DNA from: Escherichia phage vB_Eco_mar003J3
Sequence record: NC_048203.1
DNA length: 64,000 nucleotides
Direction: 5' to 3' (one strand)
Below, piece by piece: positions 39,771 to 50,245 of the stretch (position 1 is its first letter; the number at the start of each line of letters is the position of its first letter). The position numbers were made by a program, and so were the translations under genes. Below the pieces are notes generated by a model. It saw only the letters and a program-made list of their open reading frames with translations, did not search any database and was not told the origin of the DNA.

Positions 39771-41147
39771 TTAAGATGCAGCGTAAGCACCAGATACAAC
39801 GCCGTTTTCGAAGTAACGTTGCAGGTTAACACGCTGAGTAACGTAGTATGCGTCACGCTGTTTGCCAGCTTGGCGCTCACGTTCAACAGTAACAGCACGC
39901 TGACGCGGCATTACGAAGTTATCTTTATAAACAATAACTGCGAATTCTGCAGAAGCAGCTTTAGCTGGGAAGTACTCAGAAACTACAACCGGCAGACCGT
40001 AAATACGACCAACCTGACCCTGCAGTTTAACAGCATCGTTACCAACCTGGGCAACATCCTGCCATTCTTCATCTTCCAGCAGATCGTAGTAAGCATCCAT
40101 AGATACGATCAGTACCAGTTTGCTCAGTTTCAGACCATGACGGCCCAGTTTACGACGCAGCTTGGAGATAGTCTTAGCAGTTACCAGAACAGAACCGTCA
40201 GCTTTAGCTTCGGTAACAACCTTAGCACCATCATCAGCAGCCAGTTTCAGCAGACCCTTAGGCTGACCAGTACCATTACCAGACATGAAAGCTTCTTCGA
40301 TAGAAACAGCGTGTGCTTCGATCAGACGCTTACGCAGCAGAGGCAGCAGGGAGAAGATTGCATCTTCTTCAGTTTCATCAGTGATGAAGGACTTAGCAGC
40401 CAGCTTGTAAGTTTTGAAGCTGATTTCAGTCAGTTGACCTTTAACTTCGTCACCAACAGTTTCGTCAGTACCGAATTTGGAAGCATCTACCCAAGTAGCA
40501 CGACCAGCTTCTGGTTCAACGAGCATTGTAAGGATTTTGCTGGACATTGGCAGTTCATCGAACAGTGCACCAACTACCAGTTCCTTCTGCAGGTCACGGA
40601 TAATACGGGTAGAGAAGATAGTTTCGTATGCTTCGCTAGACATGGAAACGGAAGAAGAACCGTTAACAGCTTTAACGTGAGCCTTACCATGTTCAGTTTC
40701 GAATACGTCTTTCTCCATCATATAAGACAGAAGAACCAGTTTCTCAACTTCATCTTCGAAAGCATCCTGAGTGCCATAAAGAGCTTTAGCTACGCTATCA
40801 CCAACGAAGGAACGACCTTCACGAGCTGCCAACAGAGACTTGATTTCGTCCTGAAGACCAACGATGGTTTCCTGCTGCTTTTCTACAGTCTGTGCGAACA
40901 GTTCTGCGCTCTTCTTAGACTTCTCGTCCAGGTTCTTAACCAGATCCAGAGCTTCTTCCAGACGCTTACGGTCTTCACCAACAGCTTTAGATACTAGGTC
41001 ATTCATACGAGACAGTTCTTTTTCTTCCTGCTCTTCACGCAGACGCTTAGCTTCCGCAGCTTTCTGAGCAGCAGTCAGACCTTCCAGAGATTTAGCCAGA
41101 TCACCCAGACCAAGTTCTTCCTTCAGCTTATTAATATCAATAGTCAT
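39771..41147 (-). CDS. major capsid protein pb8-like (HK97 fold)
   Basis: 458 aa (the size I recall for T5 pb8); N-terminal scaffolding-like coiled coil; RBS GGAG. Confidence 0.9.
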   Translation of the reverse strand: MTIDINKLKEELGLGDLAKSLEGLTAAQKAAEAKRLREEQEEKELSRMNDLVSKAVGEDRKRLEEALDLVKNLDEKSKKSAELFAQTVEKQQETIVGLQDEIKSLLAAREGRSFVGDSVAKALYGTQDAFEDEVEKLVLLSYMMEKDVFETEHGKAHVKAVNGSSSVSMSSEAYETIFSTRIIRDLQKELVVGALFDELPMSSKILTMLVEPEAGRATWVDASKFGTDETVGDEVKGQLTEISFKTYKLAAKSFITDETEEDAIFSLLPLLRKRLIEAHAVSIEEAFMSGNGTGQPKGLLKLAADDGAKVVTEAKADGSVLVTAKTISKLRRKLGRHGLKLSKLVLIVSMDAYYDLLEDEEWQDVAQVGNDAVKLQGQVGRIYGLPVVVSEYFPAKAASAEFAVIVYKDNFVMPRQRAVTVERERQAGKQRDAYYVTQRVNLQRYFENGVVSGAYAAS

Positions 41148-41164
41148 TTTTAAATAATTCTCCG

Positions 41165-41797
41165 TTATTCTTTAACGTAGCCTAAAGCTATCGCAAGTTT
41201 TTCTAGTTCAGAAAGATTACGTTCTTGAGCTGGGACAGCCTTAGAACTTGTTGCAGTAAAAGATTTGCGCCATTCAGTGTAATCGTGACCATTCATACTC
41301 TTAGCGAGGTTGAACGTTGAGTCCTGATTACAAGGTACAGAGACTACCGAAACTTCGTATAGTTCTAAATCTTTAATAATAAATATGTCAGTAGCTTCAT
41401 CCCATTCTGCGTCTAGGCAGCGGAATCCGATACTGAATGTTTTCAGTACACCGTTTTTAATTAGTGAGAAGATAGCTGGATCAGAACTTTCATAAATCTC
41501 GCATTCAATTTCGAGACCCATTTCAGTAGGGTTAAGATCAATACACTTGCCGATTGGACGACGATGGTCGTGGCCGAAAAGAATAATCGGGTTTTTCATG
41601 TAGTTAACAAGTGCATTAGACGTTTTCCATGCCGAAGCAGGAATTACGTCACCAGCGCGATCTTTACTAATTGTATTAGCGAATCCACGGATTTTTATAA
41701 CACCCTCTTTGGATTCGCTATCAATAGACTTAATGTAAGCGTCTAAATGAACCGGTGCTGATTTTAACTTGTTATAGTCAATAGCAGCATTTGTCAT
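41165..41797 (-). CDS. prohead protease pb11-like
   Basis: 210 aa between portal/decoration and capsid genes. Confidence 0.8.
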   Translation of the reverse strand: MTNAAIDYNKLKSAPVHLDAYIKSIDSESKEGVIKIRGFANTISKDRAGDVIPASAWKTSNALVNYMKNPIILFGHDHRRPIGKCIDLNPTEMGLEIECEIYESSDPAIFSLIKNGVLKTFSIGFRCLDAEWDEATDIFIIKDLELYEVSVVSVPCNQDSTFNLAKSMNGHDYTEWRKSFTATSSKAVPAQERNLSELEKLAIALGYVKE

Positions 41798-41800
41798 TTA

Positions 41801-42283
41801 TTAAGCCTCCGGCGCAGGGTTGATAGTTGTTACACACTCATTAGAAGTAATGGAAGTAGATTTACTATCCGTTACAACAACTTTGTAAGTACCAGCATCT
41901 TCTGCAGCAGCTGTAGCTTTGTTGAAATTAGGGCCAGTAACACCACTTAGTGGAGAACCGTCTTTAGTCCAAGCATAAGTATATGGTGCAGTACCACCAG
42001 TAACTGTTACACCCAGATTAATTGCTGCACCAGTATCAACAGCTAGAGTTTTAGCCAGATTCTTTGTGAAAGCTAGTGCCGGAACAACCGGAGCAGTAAT
42101 TTCGTATGCTTCTTTGAACTTGTTCCAAACCTTGCGGTTGGTATGTGCAGTGGTCATTCCAAACTCTTTACGTAGAGTAGCGTAGTTTGGAACGAACTTG
42201 TGTGCTGCAACCGTAGCAAAGAAGATATGAGATTCTGGCAGCTTTTCACCAAAAATGGCCTTTAGACCAGCATAATCAATCAT
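41801..42283 (-). CDS. capsid decoration protein pb10-like (C-terminal Ig-like domain)
   Basis: 160 aa; C-terminal Ig-like TGGTAPYTYAWTKDGSPL...GTYKVVVTD. Confidence 0.7.
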   Translation of the reverse strand: MIDYAGLKAIFGEKLPESHIFFATVAAHKFVPNYATLRKEFGMTTAHTNRKVWNKFKEAYEITAPVVPALAFTKNLAKTLAVDTGAAINLGVTVTGGTAPYTYAWTKDGSPLSGVTGPNFNKATAAAEDAGTYKVVVTDSKSTSITSNECVTTINPAPEA

Positions 42284-43497
42284 TCTTTATCCCCATCGGC
42301 AGTGCCTTGCGGTCTACCACCTTCTTGACCAGATACACCTGTTGCAGAACCAGCAATGTTAGCAGGAATACGAATCTTATTCATCTGCTCATCATCTAAA
42401 GGTTCAAGGTTAAGCTCTTCACGAGCTTCGTTACCAGTCATGATACCGTTATTAACCAAAGAGGTTAAATGTTTAGCCTCAGCTTCTTTATCTGGCGTCA
42501 GTGCAGCCACTTCCTTAGTATTAGGAGTAACCTTGTAGCCAAAGAAGAAAGTAAGAGAACTAGTCAGCTTGTTCAGCATGGGAATGATAGTCATGTAATA
42601 GAACAATTCGATGTTTGGTCGAATGTTAGCATTATTACCACCATCAAGTAACACTTGCGGAACACCAAAGGCAAGACAGATGGATTTATTAAATCCTTCG
42701 ATATCTTCCTTGAAGTCTAGATCTTTAAAAGAGGATATTTGGGAGTACGGTTTTGCTTTCATACCACCATCTAGAATCAGGACAGTAGACTGACCCGTAC
42801 TAGGATTATAATCGAGTTGTAATTCTTCTTGTTTACGCTCACGCAATTTCTTGTTCAGGATTTCATCCGTCTCAAGAATAAGACCAATCACAGTGCCGTT
42901 ATCGAGGAACTTCTCTTTAAAGTTAAGCATTTTAGAACGCTTCTCAAGAGAGTCAATAACTGTAGCAACACGAGATTGTCCAGAAATTTGGGAGTTTGTG
43001 CCACACACGTAACTGTTATCCTTTATAAAGATAATCTCATCTACGCGATAGTCTATCTGGTTATTAAATATGAATTTTTTGATAAACTTATTGGCATCTG
43101 CCTCTACTTGCATTAGTGCAGCAGGGACATGGTAAAGTGCTGTGCCATCCCAATAGATGTATGCACAACCCTCAAAAAGTAGATCAGTGACTACAAGTCT
43201 ACGGAATGTGCTTATATCCATGAATGGATTAGGTCGTACATTTAAGAGAGTGTCTAGAGTCTTTGCCTTGACGCCGTTAGCGTACGTGACAATATTATAT
43301 TTATCTCCGACAGTATAAGAACACTCCGCCGCACTATCGATAACCATGTTAGCAGTTCGGTTGAGAATCTCAATCTTACTGTAGGCTTGTCCAGTGGTAA
43401 ATGGCTTACGGTTAGTGCGATGACTAACTGGTTCCATGTCTCTTATAATACGTTGACCCGGATTTAGCTTTTCAGTAATCCAGCTTTTTAAACCCAT
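42280..43497 (-). CDS. portal protein pb7-like
   Basis: 405 aa; position downstream of terminase. Confidence 0.85.
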   Translation of the reverse strand: MGLKSWITEKLNPGQRIIRDMEPVSHRTNRKPFTTGQAYSKIEILNRTANMVIDSAAECSYTVGDKYNIVTYANGVKAKTLDTLLNVRPNPFMDISTFRRLVVTDLLFEGCAYIYWDGTALYHVPAALMQVEADANKFIKKFIFNNQIDYRVDEIIFIKDNSYVCGTNSQISGQSRVATVIDSLEKRSKMLNFKEKFLDNGTVIGLILETDEILNKKLRERKQEELQLDYNPSTGQSTVLILDGGMKAKPYSQISSFKDLDFKEDIEGFNKSICLAFGVPQVLLDGGNNANIRPNIELFYYMTIIPMLNKLTSSLTFFFGYKVTPNTKEVAALTPDKEAEAKHLTSLVNNGIMTGNEAREELNLEPLDDEQMNKIRIPANIAGSATGVSGQEGGRPQGTADGDKE

Positions 43498-44021
43498 TAT
43501 AAGAACCTTGCGAATCCTGATTTAGTTTCAGTCTTGACTTGTGTCTTTTCTTGAGGATTCTGTAGCTTTTCCTTTTGTTTAAGAACCCATACCTTCTGCT
43601 TATTAGCAGAGAAAAGGGGTGGTTCTTTAGTGTACACCTTATGTAATAGTTGGTGATGGTGGACACAAAGGGTAACAGTGTCATCTACTAGCTCATGCCT
43701 ATATCTTTCATAGAATGCCGTCCTATTTGAGAGGACTATTTCTTCGTCAGTGAAATCCAATTGGAGTTCTTTAGCAAATTTTTTAACTAGTAGAGACACT
43801 GTATGGTAATGATGAAGTTCTAATTCTTCACCACAACCACAGATTTCGCAGCGATCGGCTTTTTTATATTGACTTTTTATACCGTCTCGCATGAGTGATA
43901 TAGCATCACGTTTATATTTTACATTTCCTGCCACAGTATTCTCCTCAACTGTATGAATATAGTATACATAATCATGTCGAATTTGTAAAGGGGATTTTAA
44001 AATGCAGGAATGGGATACCAA
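43497..44021 (-). CDS. HNH endonuclease
   Basis: CEICGCGEELELHHYH ... CVHHHQLLH zinc-finger/HNH motifs; true start probably internal. Confidence 0.7.
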   Translation of the reverse strand: MVSHSCILKSPLQIRHDYVYYIHTVEENTVAGNVKYKRDAISLMRDGIKSQYKKADRCEICGCGEELELHHYHTVSLLVKKFAKELQLDFTDEEIVLSNRTAFYERYRHELVDDTVTLCVHHHQLLHKVYTKEPPLFSANKQKVWVLKQKEKLQNPQEKTQVKTETKSGFARFL

Positions 44022-44048
44022 CTGAGTAGTATCCTATCCTATACTTAT

Positions 44049-45365
44049 TTATTTCCCACGGGAAATTGAGTAAATTCCATAACGCAGTGCGTCACAAAGG
44101 TGAGAGTTCGCATCATGACGTGGTTTTTCACGTGATAATTTCTCTTCACCTTCCTGGAAGTCCCACTTGTAGTTCGCTAAGGCGTGGATCAATGAGGTAC
44201 ATGAAGCATCTACGATGATCTTACCTTGCTGGAACAGTGCTTGCAGGCATGCCAAACCATCTAGGACGGATTTCTTAGCAGGAGCAGAAGCGATTTCATG
44301 TTCATAAGCTAAGTCCTGACGGAACTGAGCAGCGGCGGAGTCTACAAATATACGATCAACATTATAACGATCTATGCAGTGCTGGATATAAGCAGCGTGT
44401 TGGGCTGTAGTCTTTTCAGCCTGCTGATACTCTTCTAGTATGTAATAAACATCAGTATCATAGTGATACTTGATAGTAAGAACTGCTGTAGGGTCACGAT
44501 AACCAACGTCGATACCAAGTAATGTTTCGAAAGCCTCATCATCTTTAAAGAAGTGACGCATACCTTTGAGGTCTTTAACGTGCTCGATAGCATTGAAGGT
44601 ATCAAAGATCTGACCTTCGAATACGGAGAAGTCAGCCTCATATTCTTGACGGAAATAGTTTTTACTAACAGTACGACGCGCTTCTTCGATATCGTTCAGG
44701 TCAGCACGTGGGTTATCACGATATGTACCATGAATAGATACCCAATTAGGTAGCGTTTCGTTAAATCCTTTCTCATAGAACTCTTTGAACCAGTTACCCC
44801 CACGAGGAGTAGAGATAAATAGAGCTTTAGAGTTTGGCTTATCTAGGGTAGGACGTAACTGAATATCGAAAGCTGCACCACCAACGTCGGAAATCGCTGC
44901 TTCGTCAAAAATGATGAAGTCATATGAACGACCAACCGCGGAGTCAGCCTGCGCCGCGGAAGCCAGTTTAAAGAGTGAACCATTCGCTAATTCAATCTCT
45001 TTATCTTTGGCGTTCTCACGTTCAGTCTGTAATCCATACTTTTTAATAAGACCACGAATCTGTGACCAACCAATGTTAGCCAGTGAGTAGTTAGGTGCAA
45101 CTACTAGCACCTTCACATTGGGTTCCAGAAGTTTTAAGAACCCAAGTGTATATGCGATGAACGACTTACCTACACGACGTGATACACATGCAGTTACGAA
45201 ACGGTGTCTAGGATCTTCCAGCGCGTTAATAATTGCAACCTGAGGGGCGTTAGGCGTAATCCCCTCTTGAGCTAGAATGCTAGAGACTGGCAGACGGAAA
45301 AATCGTTTGTCAATACCAAAGTCAATAACATCTGTGGTGTTAATATAATCTCTAGAGACCTTCAT
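44049..45365 (-). CDS. terminase large subunit
   Basis: 438 aa; Walker A-like CVSRRVGKS, Walker B FIIFDEAA, C-terminal RNaseH-like nuclease region. Confidence 0.9.
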   Translation of the reverse strand: MKVSRDYINTTDVIDFGIDKRFFRLPVSSILAQEGITPNAPQVAIINALEDPRHRFVTACVSRRVGKSFIAYTLGFLKLLEPNVKVLVVAPNYSLANIGWSQIRGLIKKYGLQTERENAKDKEIELANGSLFKLASAAQADSAVGRSYDFIIFDEAAISDVGGAAFDIQLRPTLDKPNSKALFISTPRGGNWFKEFYEKGFNETLPNWVSIHGTYRDNPRADLNDIEEARRTVSKNYFRQEYEADFSVFEGQIFDTFNAIEHVKDLKGMRHFFKDDEAFETLLGIDVGYRDPTAVLTIKYHYDTDVYYILEEYQQAEKTTAQHAAYIQHCIDRYNVDRIFVDSAAAQFRQDLAYEHEIASAPAKKSVLDGLACLQALFQQGKIIVDASCTSLIHALANYKWDFQEGEEKLSREKPRHDANSHLCDALRYGIYSISRGK

Positions 45366-45847
45366 TATCTCTTACCTCCTCCTGCTAGAGCGGTAATAAG
45401 ATTCATATAGTTTTCGTCACCACTTCCAGCAATAATATTATTCTGAATGTTAGTCTGGTTAGCCGGAGTACGGGCTGCTGCCTTCACTTTCTCCAGTTCT
45501 ACCATCATTTTCATTTCTTCCATCTTCATCTTATGCGCCTTCCAGAGAATATCCATGATATCCTGGTCAGAACCCATGCCAGTTTCTTCGAGTTCTTCCA
45601 ACTTGCGCTTGATAACTTCATCAAGAACTCCGAATAAGCGGTCACGATTACGGAAGCCACTTTCCATAAAGATATCGTTGAGATAGTTTTTAACTTCCCC
45701 ACGATTCATTATATCACGGAATACAATCTCGGACATTCCAAGACTACGAGCGGCGGCAGGAACATCACTACCGCACTGTAAATAGGCTTCAATAACATCC
45801 ATGCCCTCAGGAGACATGAGATCGGGAACTAATACATCATTTGCCAT
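45365..45847 (-). CDS. terminase small subunit (putative)
   Basis: 160 aa immediately upstream of the large subunit gene, sharing one base with its start; N-terminal HTH-like region. Confidence 0.6.
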   Translation of the reverse strand: MANDVLVPDLMSPEGMDVIEAYLQCGSDVPAAARSLGMSEIVFRDIMNRGEVKNYLNDIFMESGFRNRDRLFGVLDEVIKRKLEELEETGMGSDQDIMDILWKAHKMKMEEMKMMVELEKVKAAARTPANQTNIQNNIIAGSGDENYMNLITALAGGGKR

Positions 45848-45857
45848 ATATCCTCCT

Positions 45858-47639
45858 TTAGGTTAGGCGTTGAACTGTTACACGTAGTCTTGGCAAGAAA
45901 ACAGCCGCCGCTTCCGCAGCGTGAATGATAACACCCAATTCAACGTTGCCATTACCAAGGTTTTTAATAGTATAAATATATCCGTTCCTACGGAAAGCAA
46001 ACTCATCAGGCCTACTAGCCCAAGTTTGTGTATAACTATAGGAAGTTGTACTGTGATAAGGTACTAGATATCCAGGTGGCAGAGTAAGAATCTGGTGGAA
46101 TACACCATCACCAGCAGTATAACTTTGTTGCCGTCTACCTTGTACCTGCCAAGCACTACCTCCGTAAGTACGCACAGGCATTCCAGCAGTATTAAGATTA
46201 CCCATAATAACTTCGGTAGTTAATATAACAGTAGAGTGAGCATTCGGTAATCCCAACCAAACTGTGGCCAAAGGTGTGTAGAAGTCACCAGCACCAGGGT
46301 AGGATGGAGTTATATCGTCCCCTACATAAGTACTTGCAACGTTGCCTGGGAATAACCTGAGTGGTACAGTACTAGGACTCCACACAGGTCCATGTTCATT
46401 ACCAATGGAGTTGGTATTAGTATCTACATACCATTGTTTACCTACACCAAATTTATATAAGCTAATTTGAGAAGCTGCACCCCCATAGTTAACTGGTGAC
46501 CACAACCCACCATTACTAGAGCCGATAAATTCACATCGTGCAGTATTATCACCAAAAACTCCGGTATACGCAGCGTTATTACCAACATACTCCATATCAG
46601 GGCGATAGCCTAAGTTTCCGAAAGCATTCTGGTTAATAAATTTATAGCCTGTATTTGGTAGGCTAACACCTTTAATAGTAAAGTTAGATGGAGATATTAA
46701 GATATCTGAACTGGTAAATGGATTACCAGAAACTCCCATACTACCATTAGAATAGCGCAGATTTAGTACATACCAAATAACCTTAGTTGGCGTAACGTTG
46801 TACCAGTCCTGTACATATACCTTTCTAGTGGCTTGTGCAGCCATATTAGTTGTAGAACCCCTACAAACGTATACTTTAGTAGGAAAGGAGGGGGATTGGT
46901 AGTTAATGTTTACGTTATCTGGTAGTACGCCTTTTTTACCTGCGAAGCCACGAATATTAGAACTACAAACATAAAACCAATCATGGCCTCTACCAGCAGA
47001 ACCAATAGGCGCCTGCCAGTTAGGATCCCAATAATCTGCGTTACCACCATCTAAAGGAACAGTAGAGACACCAGTTGGAAAACCCATAAGACTCCAGGCT
47101 CTGGCAATGGCTTCACCAGCAGAAACACCACCAGGTCTAAAGATCTGGAAACCAGAGGACTGTAGTAAACTGCCTCCAGAACCTTGCCTAGCAATAGATT
47201 CCTCATGACCAAGACCACCATTATAGATATAAGTACCATGAGCTAAACTATCACCGATCGCAAAAGCAGATGTTACAGATAATTCAGCACCAGCACGTGG
47301 TGGGTCTTCAAAGAATGATAAGAACTGGCCAACCTGAGATTGAGTACCATTCAGAAATCCACGATGAGTACCGTTTATCTCAATAGCAGTTAATATAACT
47401 CTACCCGGATCATTGGATTTAATATTTATAATATCCCAAGGCATCTGAGTAACAAAGTATCCATTACCTGCATTACCTAGGGCTGCTTCATAAGTCCCAT
47501 CAACCAGGACGAAAGGCATATCTGAGTGGAAGATACTATTAGTATTTGGAGAATAGTGCTCACCAGTATCACCACCATTAGCAGCGTTTAGAGATAATAC
47601 AGTTTTACCATCACTAAATTTTCCTGCGAAAAAACTCAT
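45858..47639 (-). CDS. receptor-binding tail protein (pb5-like)
   Basis: 593 aa, Gly/Asn/Tyr-rich; first gene of the late strand, divergent from the llp-like gene; RBS AAGGAGA. Confidence 0.7.
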   Translation of the reverse strand: MSFFAGKFSDGKTVLSLNAANGGDTGEHYSPNTNSIFHSDMPFVLVDGTYEAALGNAGNGYFVTQMPWDIINIKSNDPGRVILTAIEINGTHRGFLNGTQSQVGQFLSFFEDPPRAGAELSVTSAFAIGDSLAHGTYIYNGGLGHEESIARQGSGGSLLQSSGFQIFRPGGVSAGEAIARAWSLMGFPTGVSTVPLDGGNADYWDPNWQAPIGSAGRGHDWFYVCSSNIRGFAGKKGVLPDNVNINYQSPSFPTKVYVCRGSTTNMAAQATRKVYVQDWYNVTPTKVIWYVLNLRYSNGSMGVSGNPFTSSDILISPSNFTIKGVSLPNTGYKFINQNAFGNLGYRPDMEYVGNNAAYTGVFGDNTARCEFIGSSNGGLWSPVNYGGAASQISLYKFGVGKQWYVDTNTNSIGNEHGPVWSPSTVPLRLFPGNVASTYVGDDITPSYPGAGDFYTPLATVWLGLPNAHSTVILTTEVIMGNLNTAGMPVRTYGGSAWQVQGRRQQSYTAGDGVFHQILTLPPGYLVPYHSTTSYSYTQTWASRPDEFAFRRNGYIYTIKNLGNGNVELGVIIHAAEAAAVFLPRLRVTVQRLT

Positions 47640-47664
47640 ACAATCTCCTTCTTTAAAAATGTAT

Positions 47665-47693
47665 TTGCTTAGGTCCCTCTATTTTGCTATAAT
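47665..47693 (+). promoter_or_regulatory. T5-type sigma70 promoter driving llp
   Basis: TTGCTT-17 bp-TATAAT followed by ATATTTATAAATTAAACAGAGG. Confidence 0.65.
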
Positions 47694-47722
47694 ATATTTA
47701 TAAATTAAACAGAGGAACGATT

Positions 47723-47989
47723 ATGAAAAAGTTACTAGCTATCGTAGTTGCAGCAGTAGTGTTGACTGGTTGTGTACCAGCTCCCGAGCCGTTCTGTAAG
47801 GCATACGTGAAGTCTTATGGTCATGTTGGTGAAGAACACTATGCTTTAGATATTCGAGAAGCACGTACTGTGGGCTACCGATTCCCTAAAACTCAGTTAC
47901 GCACTAAGTTTGGGTGGTGGGATCTGTCACAGTTTGATCTCAAATATGGCGATTGCAAATTTAAACTAGAACAATCTGGTCACTTGTAA
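47723..47989 (+). CDS. llp: Llp-like superinfection-exclusion lipoprotein
   Basis: 88 aa; signal peptide MKKLLAIVVAAVVLTGC with lipobox LTGC; small Cys-containing mature domain; divergent from the RBP gene as in T5. Confidence 0.75.
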   Translation: MKKLLAIVVAAVVLTGCVPAPEPFCKAYVKSYGHVGEEHYALDIREARTVGYRFPKTQLRTKFGWWDLSQFDLKYGDCKFKLEQSGHL

Positions 47990-48316
47990 TTAGTATAAAG
48001 TAAAAAGATCTCGAAGTAAACAAAAATTTTTATTTCTGGGATGAGGTACAGGTAGCAAACACAATGCAAGATGAAGAAAAGCCCTTTCAGGAACCTGTTA
48101 ACTTTGAAATAGATCCCAGGACTAAAGCAATACATGATGCGATTAACGAAATCATTCAAGACGTCATAGAAGATACAATATAAGACGTGATGGGAACATC
48201 CTTCTTACTAGAAGAATCCGGCTTCGACGAAGTAATGGATCTAATCGGGACAGTCGTAATGGTTCGTGCAATTGCTAGGGTATTCCAAATACCAAGACTA
48301 TAGGAGAAGCAAAGAG

Positions 48317-48451
48317 ATGTCAGACGACAACAGAAGAAAGAACAGACGCGGGGAAGTGTACGAAAGTTGGATAAATAGTTTCGGATTCGGAACTGTATTA
48401 TTCTTTATCTTTGTACTCTTTTGGTTAGCGGCTATGGCGGGGTGGTTATAA
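48317..48451 (+). CDS. small membrane protein (44 aa)
   Basis: ATG 48317 after AGGAGAAG; basic N-terminus then one hydrophobic helix. Confidence 0.4.
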   Translation: MSDDNRRKNRRGEVYESWINSFGFGTVLFFIFVLFWLAAMAGWL

Positions 48452-48555
48452 TGGAAGTAATAATTATTGCTTTACTAGTTGTGGTAATTATCGGGCAGTG
48501 CATTTTAGATAACCACTTAACTCGTATCGAACGTAAGCTGCGGGGAGACAAGTAA
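48451..48555 (+). CDS. small membrane protein (34 aa)
   Basis: MEVIIIALLVVVIIGQC...; TAATG overlaps with both neighbours; below the ORF-track size cut-off. Confidence 0.35.
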   Translation: MEVIIIALLVVVIIGQCILDNHLTRIERKLRGDK

Positions 48556-48773
48556 TGTTTAGTTTTGTAGCTATCTTCATTATTGGGGTACTTGCGGGAA
48601 TCTTCGGAACACTCGGGGCGATTAATAAGCATCGTGAATATATTGTGGGAGTATCGCGGGAGCTTTCGGAAAGGGAGCGGAGGTTTGCAGAAAAACGGGA
48701 GGAGTTCGAGCGAGAGTGGAGTGCTGGCTCAAGAAGCTCTCGTAGGAGATTTAAGATAGATGACAAATCATAA
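48555..48773 (+). CDS. small membrane protein (72 aa)
   Basis: N-terminal TM helix then charged Arg/Glu-rich tail. Confidence 0.45.
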   Translation: MFSFVAIFIIGVLAGIFGTLGAINKHREYIVGVSRELSERERRFAEKREEFEREWSAGSRSSRRRFKIDDKS

Positions 48774-49257
48774 GCCCTTACTTCCCTTAGAGGAATACCA
48801 GAGTAAGTTCGATTATGATCCAGAAACAGGTATATTTACTTGGAACTCGGGGAGTCGTAGAGGTAAACCAGCTGGCGGCCGTAATGACTCGGGCATTTCC
48901 CTTTCTATGGGCAGCAAAGGCAAGTATAAGGCCCACCGAGTGGCGTGGTTATACATGACAGGGGAAGATCCAGGAGATCTTCTAATAGATCATAAAGATC
49001 AAGACCCCTGGAACAATAAATGGAACAACTTACGAAAAGCTACGAATAAAGAAAATAGTAATAACTCTTCCGGATGGGAAAATAAATCCACAGGTGTAAA
49101 AGGGATATATAAGAGGACAGAAGGGAAGTTCGAGGCGAGAATACGTGCTAACGGGGAAAGAATCAACGTAGGTACATTTGGTAGCCTCGAGGAAGCTGAA
49201 AGTGCGATAAGGGAAGCACGTGAGAAAGTATGTGGTGAGTTCACAAACCACGGTTAA
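48760..49257 (+). CDS. HNH homing endonuclease with AP2-like domain
   Basis: Paralogue of ORF 7601..8131 (shared YDPETGIFTW / HKDQDPWNN motifs). Confidence 0.75.
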   Translation: MTNHKPLLPLEEYQSKFDYDPETGIFTWNSGSRRGKPAGGRNDSGISLSMGSKGKYKAHRVAWLYMTGEDPGDLLIDHKDQDPWNNKWNNLRKATNKENSNNSSGWENKSTGVKGIYKRTEGKFEARIRANGERINVGTFGSLEEAESAIREAREKVCGEFTNHG

Positions 49258-49374
49258 TAGCGCTAATTTGAAAATCTTGAAATTTCATAAGATTACACAT
49301 GCGGATGTGCTCAGTGGGACTGGAGATAGTTAGTAGTCTAATAATCCCCCTGTGTTACTATTACCATGCTAACT

Positions 49375-49413
49375 GTTTCATCCTGTAACCATTTTTTAAT
49401 TACAGGATGAAAC
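49375..49413. terminator. bidirectional hairpin between convergent genes
   Basis: Perfect 14-bp inverted repeat GTTTCATCCTGTAA ... TTACAGGATGAAAC with 11-nt loop; T-rich on + side. Confidence 0.6.
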
Positions 49414-49430
49414 TATTTTATTTTTAATTG

Positions 49431-50165
49431 TTAGGCAACTTTTAATTTATCAATGAATTGTTGCGGAGCGGTACTATAGTCTCCCCTTTCTTCCTCAGTC
49501 ATACCCTGCCAGCACATTTCTAAGCGCTGGCAAAGATATTGATAATCATTATCATCATCTAACGATTCATCAATAAAGGTTTCACCGATCAATGCTACGC
49601 CGATTGATAGGATATCGTTAACGGCTTGGGCGTCCAGTGTTTTGAATCCAGCACTTGCCGCCACCGATAATACGCCTTTATGATCATCAATCATCGTAAA
49701 ATCAGCGTTTGGATATAGCTGTTTAAATAGTTCAAAGTAATAGCTTTTGTATACAGCGTCTTTGCTGTGGTATATTTCGCTAACCTTATCCGCTTCAAAG
49801 TATTTGTGTAATGTATCGCGGGAGAATACGCGGATATTGCTATTTCCGCGCCCTCGCAAGCCTTGTTTACGCAAATAAAAGTAATCGCTTTTAGACATAA
49901 GGCGCGCGGTACAAATAACATTTAAAGTATTTGCATCATTCATACATTGGCGCATATATTCAACCAACGGCAATAAAGAATCCTGCATAATTAAATCATG
50001 TTTACAGGCTTCGCGGGAATACTTATTTAAATTTAAATTCCCGTTATCATCAAAGCAAGGCGCTACACGATGGAAAGAATTAATGATTGTGCCGTCCAGA
50101 TCCCAAATCATGACGCGGGAAATATGCGGGAAATTATGGGTAATATTCGTTTTAACTTGATTCAT
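49431..50165 (-). CDS. dmp: 5'-deoxyribonucleotidase (Dmp-like, HAD-type)
   Basis: 244 aa (the size I recall for T5 Dmp); WDLDGT HAD motif I. Confidence 0.8.
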   Translation of the reverse strand: MNQVKTNITHNFPHISRVMIWDLDGTIINSFHRVAPCFDDNGNLNLNKYSREACKHDLIMQDSLLPLVEYMRQCMNDANTLNVICTARLMSKSDYFYLRKQGLRGRGNSNIRVFSRDTLHKYFEADKVSEIYHSKDAVYKSYYFELFKQLYPNADFTMIDDHKGVLSVAASAGFKTLDAQAVNDILSIGVALIGETFIDESLDDDNDYQYLCQRLEMCWQGMTEEERGDYSTAPQQFIDKLKVA

Positions 50166-50245
50166 TTGTTACATTCTCCATTTAAGGGATCTAGGTTAAT
50201 TCAGCATTACCCGCTATTTATAAGCGGGTAATAATAAATTAACTA

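Noticed and set aside
39819-40997. 392-aa + strand ORF lying entirely inside the major capsid gene
   Set aside because: Antisense to a gene of exactly the expected capsid size and position; its translation is low-complexity (F/S/T/N/Q-rich) with no RBS or operon context. Treated as a chance open frame.
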